Below are positions 52,476-64,000 of a DNA stretch of 64,000 nt, piece by piece. The DNA lies in NCBI GenBank assembly GCA_965178125.1, contig OZ237767.1, positions 372,001-436,000 of the forward strand, read 5' to 3'. Position 1 is the first letter of the stretch. Each line of letters starts with the position of its first letter. Source of the stretch: Bilabrum cf. latius. Taxonomy: Eukaryota. The notes under the pieces are model-generated. The model was not told the DNA's origin, searched no databases, and saw nothing but the letters and a program-made list of their open reading frames with translations. The translations under genes were made by a program, and so were the position numbers.

Positions 52476-53232
52476 GCCTCCGGATGGACCATGCGATATA
52501 CTAACCGGGTAAGCAGAATCCTGGGTGCTAAAGTCATGCTAATATACTCGACTGACTGCGACTTGTTGGCAAGCTTTTACAGTTGGGACGCGTCACGTGA
52601 GCGCGCAAGGAATACGAGCATTTTCAGAAGACAATCAGCCTCACCAGGTTTGGGCGGCTACTGCTACAAATCTGAGCCCATTTCGGTCCCTGCTAGCGCA
52701 GCTAAAGCACTTAATCCGCCGTAGTTTCCAGGGGCCGATGCTGCCGAACTAGCTGCGGTCGTTGGATGTTACGGCGATCTTGGCATCAATTTACTCTTGC
52801 GTACTGTACTGCTGCTACCGAGAAATATTTTTGGAAAAGTTGGCTATTCTCACATTGACTTTCCATCTTTCAGCGGACGTTGAACGGCTCGTGACACCTG
52901 CTTAGCTGCCAGGTAAGCGAATCTACCGGGCACTGCAGAGTCTCGAGCTCCTCGTTGGCTGCCTATTGCGAGCTTTTTCCCGGTGATATCCGAGAATCAA
53001 TGGTAAAATTATAACGGATATTTCAATGTGTGAGAGATAAACGCGAAATCCTAAAGGATTCAAGCGTTTATCGCTATTTCAGGCTAGCTCTAGCGCAGCT
53101 GCTGGCTGCGCGCTAGTCTGGTTTACGGTAAATATCACTACAATTGCGGGCCGCTTGCTCGGAGATAGCCGGTTAGGGCACACGTCGAGCTGTCTACTTC
53201 AAACCCCTGCACCGCTACGTGCAGACCAAGTC

Positions 53233-55149
53233 TCAGTACCAATCGCATGAGCACACGTCGCCATCGCTGCTGCCATCCGCTGCACCAACTGCCAGCTCAA
53301 CCATGTGAATCGCGATACCGTCACCGGCTCCTCCTCGCCCAGACGGCATCCGACCAACAGATTGCTCGAGGCTTCCACCCATCCTATCACCATTTCCTGG
53401 TGCGCCCTCCCCATCCCCATCCCCATCATAATCAAGATCGCCGCGCACCGCCTCCACCCTCACCTGCGCCCCTTCGCTCCCACCAGGCACGGGGCCCAGG
53501 CGCCCGGGCACCTGAATTCGGAACGTCTGCCACTCCCCAGGACTGGAACCACCAGGGAACACAAAACTGCGCGACGCTCCACTCTCCCCCTCCTACCCGA
53601 TGGTAACGTTTAAGTCCACATTGGCGCTGCTGCTGCTGTCCCACAGCGCCGTCACGCACACGAACGACGGTGCAGCTCCACTTCTCGCAGGCCCCGCGGG
53701 ATTGCCGCCGCCCGGTCCGGTCCGGCCCGTGAGCACAGCATCCATCACAACTTCGATGGGCGCACTCGTCACATCAATTTTCCTGGCCCAGGCCCCGAAG
53801 CGCTGGTAATACGGCCCGATGGATCTCATGCCCTAGAAGGTCCGGTTCTGCACGACCGGGGCCTCGGTACCGTCCCTCCTGGCGTCCATCCAGGGAACAA
53901 GGGACTCGGATGCCTTCGTGAGACGGGCCAGAAATCCGTAGTCCTGCACGTCTCGGTTGTAACCGCCCAGGTCGAGCACGCTCCTCCGCATGGCGACAAA
54001 GCCCCCTGGCGAGCTCGACGGCGATGCGACGTGGGGCGCATACCGAGCCGCCATGCGGGCTGCAGCCAAAAACTGGCCCTTGTAAACGGCCCCAACCTCC
54101 ACTCCTTTGTGCGTGCCTCTGGCTGCCACCTCTAGGTTGTCTCCATACATCGCCAGGAAAGACACCCCGTTGGACAAGTCGCTCAGCACGCGCCACCACA
54201 CCCACGCGGGAGGGGGGCACCAGTGCACCCCCTTGAGCTTGTCGCCTTGCGCCGGGGCCGGGGGGGGGGCACCGTGACGCTCTGATGGATCTGGGCCCCA
54301 CGCGTCGGCCCACGGCTCGGCGTAGCACGTGGTGTTTCCCTGCTTGCACCAGTCCCTTAGAACCAAGTATCGCAGCGCGGTCTCGCTGTCCCTTGGCTCC
54401 ACCTCGGAGGACGTGTGAAACCATGACAGCGATCCGTTCCTGAAATAGTCCTCGATGGTCTCGTACAGCGAAGGATTCAGGGCTAGGTTGTTGCGCACGA
54501 ACAGCCGTGGGGCTCCGGTCTGCGTGAAGCCTTGCACATACGATGGCAGGATGGCTGCTTCGTAGGCGTTGCGTGTGGCTGTCTCGTTGCACCACGGCCC
54601 AAGCGGCACCCCGGCGGGAGTTGTCCACGATCTCGGGTCCATAAGATTGCCTGGGCATCCAAAATGTTCGGTTCCAACGGCATCCCAGTTCATTCTGACC
54701 ACGCTAACGCTGGTCGATCCGGCGTTACTTGCCAAAATATTCTGTTTGGCAAGCCAAGCTGAGGTGCCGACGACAAGCTGCTACCTCGCCTTGATGTAAT
54801 TCGGATGATACCACATCAAGTAAAAATCATCTTTGTCCTCTGAATCACCCCACGAAGGTGTGTAGGGTATTTGTTGACGCATCCAGTCCGGATGGTACAT
54901 TGCATTCACCTAGAAGCTCGTCTTGGGCAAACCACATGGCTACTTCCCCATAACTTGCTTGGCATAGGTCCAATTGTACTGATCGCTGTTACTTGGCTGC
55001 AGCTGCTGCCACTCAAGGACGGTATCACCTCCCACAACGGATACGTTTAGATCTTGCAGCAAGCTGCAATCCGTCATCCACGTGAAATATAGGCCCGCCT
55101 AACTGGTATTGGCATGTAAAAACAGTAGAGAAAGGATCAAGTATTTCAT
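53233..55149 (-). CDS. Secreted putative glycoside hydrolase (TIM-barrel, GH42/clan-A-like); in-frame TAG at several sites including 54781, 53833, 53593
   Basis: Signal peptide MKYLILSLLFLHANTS*A. LEWQQLQPSNSDQYNW, PDW, WYHPNY, GTE and YAEPW. One frame to TGA. The family assignment is tentative. Confidence 0.6.
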
Positions 55150-55318
55150 GAAAAAACGTATCCTGGTGGTGCTGCCGTGCACCGGATTCGCGGGCGCGGC
55201 GCCGCGATGGGACACCGCAACCTATTTTTGGCTTGATGAGACCAAGAACACATTGAGAGGAGACAGCATAGCTGAGGTGTCTCGAAGTTATCCATACGCC
55301 ATTCTCTCACTGGCAGTC

Positions 55319-56398
55319 ATGCGTTGTCAGACTGCTTCCCTCACCCACGCAGGGCTGCTACTGCTCGGATTGGTGATGGCTGCCGTGCAAGCCTAGTACG
55401 TCGGAAATTCGAGCCGGATGTGCCGCCCCGGTGCCCAGTACGCCCGATCGTAGTTGCCTCAAAATTTACCGAGCGTAGGGATCCTCGGGGACAGCGTTTC
55501 GATCGGCTGGACTCCCGATGTAGCGTCTAACTTGGCGCACGACGCATCCGTTCAACACATCCCGTTCTCAGGGGACGGGGGCGCCCTGGATACAAAGTAC
55601 CAGATTGATTGCATGCAGTATTTCACGCGGTCCGCGCAGCTATTGGACACGTCGTACGACGTGATCGGCTTCAATTCTGGGTTGCACGACGTCAACTACT
55701 CCGGACAATACCCTGAAGAGTACACCCCAAAGCCGCAGTACGTCTCTAACCTGAGAATCATTCTGCAGAGGCTCCTCGCATCCAACGACGGACCGGGCGC
55801 GCCCCCGGGCGCCAAGCCCACACGCGTGATCTGGGTGACGACAACCCCGGTCCCGTTCAGCGCCGCCCGGGACGAGCTGGTCAAGGAGTACAACGCCGCC
55901 GCGCTGCAGGTCATGCAGCAGGACGGGTAGGGTAGGGTGACTGTGGTCGACCTGTACACCCACGTGATCTCCATATGCGGGGAACCCCCCTACACTTCGT
56001 GCAACATCAGCAACACGAGCCCCTCCCACCCCTCCCCCCACTACACCGCCGCCGGGTACCAGTACCTCGCCTCCTTCGTCACAAAGGCGGTGCAGGAGGC
56101 CCTTCAGGCGCAGGCCAAGGGCCGCCCCGTTGGTGTGACGAGTGCGCCGAAGGACACGCGGGAGGGCGCGTCACCGGTGGGGTGCGCTGGGCAGGGGGTA
56201 CCGCAGGCAAAGGGCAACAGCTCCTGCTTCTCGGACACCTCAGGGTGCATGCCCGACTCGTGGTCGTACAGCGGCTTCGGGTGCTGCGAGCTGTCCGCGG
56301 GCGCGACCTACTGCGAGGACGACTGGCACTGCTGCCCTGCGGGGAGCAAGTGCATGGAGGGGTGCAGCCTGCACGGGTGCGGGTGCGTGCCGGCGTGA
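55319..56398 (+). CDS. Secreted SGNH/GDSL hydrolase with a C-terminal granulin-like Cys domain; TAG at 55394, 55451, 55928
   Basis: Signal peptide, ILGDSVS, FNSGLHD, WVTTTPVP, VDLY and HYTAAGY. C-terminal CC...CEDDWHCCPAGSKC. Confidence 0.88.
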
Positions 56399-56576
56399 AA
56401 ATCAAGCGGGAATGGTGCAGCGGCGCAGCTTCGTAGTGCTACTGCGCAAGCTAGGGGTTGGCCCGGCGGCGGTGCATCGGGGTTATGGTTCCGGTTTTGG
56501 TGGCCCTGCGCTCAACACCATGTCAGACTGCATTCGCGCCTTTCCTCCTATCGGTTCGATCGAATTATCAGCGAAA

Positions 56577-56918
56577 ATGAGTCGAATTCATTTCAGTCTG
56601 TCTAGAGTTGCCGATGTAGCCCACAGAGTAGTGAATGGCTCCCTGGTGTTCGGGACGCTTGCGATGATTGGCGGGCTCGGGTACGGCGCCTACAGCCTGT
56701 ACGTGCTTCGCCCAGCGTATCTGAATTCAATCCGCAATGAACTAGAAGAGAAAGCGGCGGCCAAGCATGGAATTTCTGTTGAGGAGGTTAGATAGCGAGT
56801 GGCTGACGGGGACGTTGCGTTGGCAACCGAGACGGACATGATTTAGGAGGCCAAACGAAGATAGGCAGCGCAGATGGAAGCTGCAGAGAATGGGAGTAGA
56901 AGTGATTCTAGACAATGA
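56577..56918 (+). CDS. Small single-pass membrane protein, possibly COX14-like; 3 in-frame TAG
   Basis: VADVAHRVVNGSLVFGTLAMIGGLGYGAY, then a charged helix EEVR*RVA...MI*EAKRR*AAQ. Ends at TGA. Confidence 0.55.
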
Positions 56919-57200
56919 GCACGACGTCTCGTTCGCGGTGCTGCAAGCGTGAAACGGTCCGGCCGGCAGGCACTCTGTGCGCCACAGTGTGGCCCCGGCC
57001 ACTGCCGCACTGTGGGGCTGTTTTCGTCGGCGGAGTAGATCGCTGGCAGTGACTTGCAAATAGTTGCATGCTTGGTTTGTGATCTCGGTTTTACAGACAG
57101 GACTGTTGGACGAGTCGGTCTGGCTATTCAACTGATACACTGCATGGGCACGAGTACAAGGTGCCACGCGTCGTAGAGACCTTCAGAATATATGCACAAG

Positions 57201-60837
<3,637 letters not shown>

Positions 60838-60975
60838 GATGCACAGAAATCAGTGCCAGCTCGGAGGCGGTCGCCTCACTGGACGATTTCCAGTCTGTAT
60901 TTCTACAGAAGTGCCACAACGACACGCAACAAACCACAAAAGTGCAAAAAGATCCCAACAGCCCCTCAGTGTACA

Positions 60976-62303
60976 ATGGCGGATACAACAGCATCACAAC
61001 CACCAGCAAGCGTATCGCAGTCTAGTGATGACCGAGGCCCGCTGATATAGCACTTCATGGGAAGGGCTCCGCCGGCACAAAGTCGAGCGGTTGCATCTGG
61101 TAAGCTCGTCATGAGGCATTACAACTGGGAATACAAGCTAAATCTGCATGATTCCTACTCCTTCGCATTTTCCATGTGCCAATCAAGCCTGGTGCAGATG
61201 TTAGCAAAACCCTGGGCACGCCGCTCGGCAAGCTACTGCCAGCTCTGGCAAAGCAGCACGCAAAATCGTTCACGCTTGCGGACATCGAAGGAGACGATGG
61301 CGGCAAAGTGATAATATGCCCGGCTGCAGCTGTAGACACGAAGCACTTTATACACTCGCCGACGGGCCGCGTGATGGCCGTGGACCACGGTAAGCTCCGA
61401 GCGCGGCCCGCTGGAGAGGGCGCCCCAGCCGCTCCGGCCGTGCCTGAGGAGATCGAGCCGCTCCGAAAAGAGCTTGATGCAGCCGCAAATGAGTATGCGA
61501 CTAAGGTATTCGCGGGATAGGGCGGCCCACAGGGAGCGGCCGGCGCGTTTTCCCGCGGCGGCGAGATCATGGTGGTGCTGTCGGGCGAGCGCCGGGACAC
61601 GGACAATTACCTTGCCTCCCGGTGGGCCTCCCGGTGGGCCTTCGGGCCGGAGAGCGGGAAACTGCGGGGCCGCATCGAGGTTGTGTCGCACTATTTCGAG
61701 AACGGCTCCGTGTAGGCCTGCTTCGACCGGAGGTGGGACGACGTGCCACTGCGCGGGCGGGGGGGCGAGGCCGGCGCGGGACCCGGCGAGAGGGCGGGGG
61801 CGGTGCTCAGGGCAATCGCTGGCCAGGAGGCAGACTTTCAGCAGGCTATTTTGATGCATTTCGGGCACCTCTCCGACCAGGGGGTGCAGAAGACCCTCAG
61901 GAGGCTGCTCCCGGTGAGCAAGCAGCCAATGGTGTGGGAGGCCGGGCAGCACCGGACCAGGAGGTTGCTGGGACAGACCGCCCCTGCTGCGGCGGGCGGG
62001 GTGGGCGGGGCCGCGAGGATGGAGGCAGCCGCGCGGGCGAGCGGTTCGGGAGCTGCGGCGGGCGGCACGCCGGGTTCAGGCAAGAAGAGGAAGCTGCCAG
62101 TCGGTGTGGTGCAGGGCAGCCCCCAGGCGGCTCTCGCGGCCGCGATGGCTGGGGGCGGATCGGGGCTGAAGAAGCTGAAGAAGGCCAAGGGGAAGGGGAA
62201 TGGAAAGGCGGGAAGCTCGTCGCCGGCACAGCCCTCAGCCGCCTCGGAGCTACAGGCTGCGTTCAAGAAGAAGCTGAAGAAGACTGGCGGGGATGGCAAG
62301 TGA
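60976..62303 (+). CDS. CAPZA: F-actin capping protein alpha subunit with extended basic/WH2-like tail; TAG at 61048, 61518, 61713
   Basis: LI*HFMGRAPPAQ...DV, NYLASRWASRW, IEVVSHYFENGSV*A and KTLRRLLPVSKQPMVWE. One intron at about 61100-61197. Confidence 0.88.
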
Positions 62304-62548
62304 GCGATTTGAGGGGGCTGGCAACACTAAGTTGGTGTGACAAATATTTATTTTCCGTGTTCGTGTTTGGACTGATGGATGCCGTACTCCAATGGCAATG
62401 TAGAGCTACCAGTAGCACAGGATCGGTTTCAGTTCCGGTTCCGGCCGCGCCGGCGGTGGGGAACGTTCCAGGAATGGCATGCGACTGTCAGGATTTCTAT
62501 ACGGGAAAGTCCGTTTGAACATCGGCTCAGGCGCAACAGACCGCTGCA

Positions 62549-63079
62549 ATGGGAGCAGGAACATCAATCCCAAATGAACTAGTGGAGCTGTCCTACCGCG
62601 CGGGCGATGAGCCGGTGAACCACGTGGACTCGGGGCGGTATCAGTGGCACAGTGCGCAACAGGATGTATTTGAGTGGCCGACATCCGAGGATATACAAGA
62701 TGTCATAGACACGGCAAGGGTGTTTACACTTGCAGACGCTGATAACATGCATCTAGAGGCTAATGGCAGTGCGATATGGGTCCCATGTGGTGGCGGTGCA
62801 CGCTCGAGGCAAGGCATCCAAGACACTACTGGAGCGACAGAAGTACGACAAGCAACACAAGGGGGCATTTTACCTACTATAGTATGTGTTGGAGGTGGAA
62901 TTGTGGTCGGAGCAGCTGGGGGTGCCCTCATTGGCGCGGGCATCGCTACTTTTGCTGGTGTCTTCGGGATCGCGGTCGCAACAGGTGCCGTCGCATACCC
63001 AGTCGGTGGGTTCGGCGCACTTGTTGGAGGGTACTGGACTTGCCTTGCTGCTGGCTGTGGTGACTCTCAATGCGAATGA
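62549..63079 (+). CDS. Hypothetical protein with C-terminal glycine-zipper hydrophobic segment
   Basis: 176-aa ORF ending GGIVVGAAGGALIGAG...VGGFGALVGG. No homology recognised. Confidence 0.45.
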   Translation: MGAGTSIPNELVELSYRAGDEPVNHVDSGRYQWHSAQQDVFEWPTSEDIQDVIDTARVFTLADADNMHLEANGSAIWVPCGGGARSRQGIQDTTGATEVRQATQGGILPTIVCVGGGIVVGAAGGALIGAGIATFAGVFGIAVATGAVAYPVGGFGALVGGYWTCLAAGCGDSQCE

Positions 63080-64000
63080 TTCTTTTCTTGCGTGCGTTGC
63101 CTCGAAGACTTCATCAAGGCGGCATCGCTCTACTGCACAAGCTTTCGAATCCCACTAGCGCGACCACTAGCACACGTGGTACCAAAGTGCGGACCATGTA
63201 TGTTTGTTGACCCGAAAGTCGTCCAAATATTGGCCCACTAGGCTCAAATAGCCCTCTACTCCACTGCTATTCCTGTTGCAATGTTCCGGTATCGGGTCTG
63301 GACAGGTGGAGAATCGACGCACAAAACACTTCCGTGTTCGCATACCACGCACGGTTCTGGTATTGCAATGGAGCCGCAACAGATCAGCGGTACTGACATG
63401 CAGTCCAATCCAGCGGGTCTTTCCGGTAGATCGCTTCCTGTACTGCAGAACGCGGATGAGCAAGTTGCCTGGCCTGAGGCAGAGCAGGAGAACAACAAGG
63501 TTGACATCCGGCAGAAAAAACGCCAGCCAAAACAGTCACGCAGACGCCAAGAAAGAGCAGGAATCCATGGTGGTTAGCGGGGAGGCGAGGAGCCGAAGCT
63601 GCCATAGGCTGGTGCCGGAGTAGATCTGGGTATCCTACATTTCATTCTGACACTATTTGTTGCGGTTGTGCTGCTTCTTTATGTAACTTATAGTGTAGTA
63701 TGGCCAGAACAACTGTGTAGCGCGTGCCGATGCAATGAAGGTGGATCAACTAAGTAGCAAAGTGGTAGCGTAGTTGACGAGAACTGATGGGACGGACAAC
63801 GAGGGGAACCGGGTCAGAAGATTTGAAGCGACACAATGAGATAGTACGTCGTATGAGATGGGGACGCAATGGAAAAGGGAAGTATTGAGCCAATTCTATG
63901 GCCTTTGCGGCCTGAGATATGCGTGTGACGCCGTCGGCGACTCGGATCGTGTGGGAAGCAAGCGCGCCTTGCCTTCGCCTTGTGGCATTATGTAGCACGA

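Noticed and set aside
63120-63170. tRNA-like 3' end (ttcgaatccc...acca), a candidate suppressor tRNA
   Set aside because: The T-stem does not pair and I could not build a cloverleaf. No tRNA was identified in the window.

Overview
GC-rich, gene-dense nuclear DNA from a flagellated eukaryote. It has short GT-AG introns and ciliary genes (MORN5-like, DYNC2LI1). A Sig1/mastigoneme-type EGF protein hints at a stramenopile. About 22 protein genes are visible, including a PIG-P-like gene, a Rieske/FAD oxidoreductase, a GH2 glycosidase, UBC2/RAD6, a GPAT, a PINK1-like kinase, DYNC2LI1, a TMEM53-like gene, an SGNH hydrolase, MCM3 and CapZ alpha. Main result: the genome appears to use a non-standard genetic code in which TAG is a sense codon, most likely Gln, while TAA and TGA still terminate. 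More than 70 in-frame TAG codons interrupt otherwise intact genes. One sits at the conserved Gln of CapZ alpha and others sit inside CAG poly-Gln runs. This is why the supplied ORF track is fragmented. Second result: the 12-mer GTGTGACGAGTG is heavily over-represented (14 exact copies plus 4 11-mer copies counted by eye). It occurs in different reading frames and in an intron, mostly on the sense strand. Three copies are spaced exactly 168 bp apart, and one inverted pair brackets an MCM3 intron. Gene models were assembled by hand, so starts and exon boundaries are provisional.
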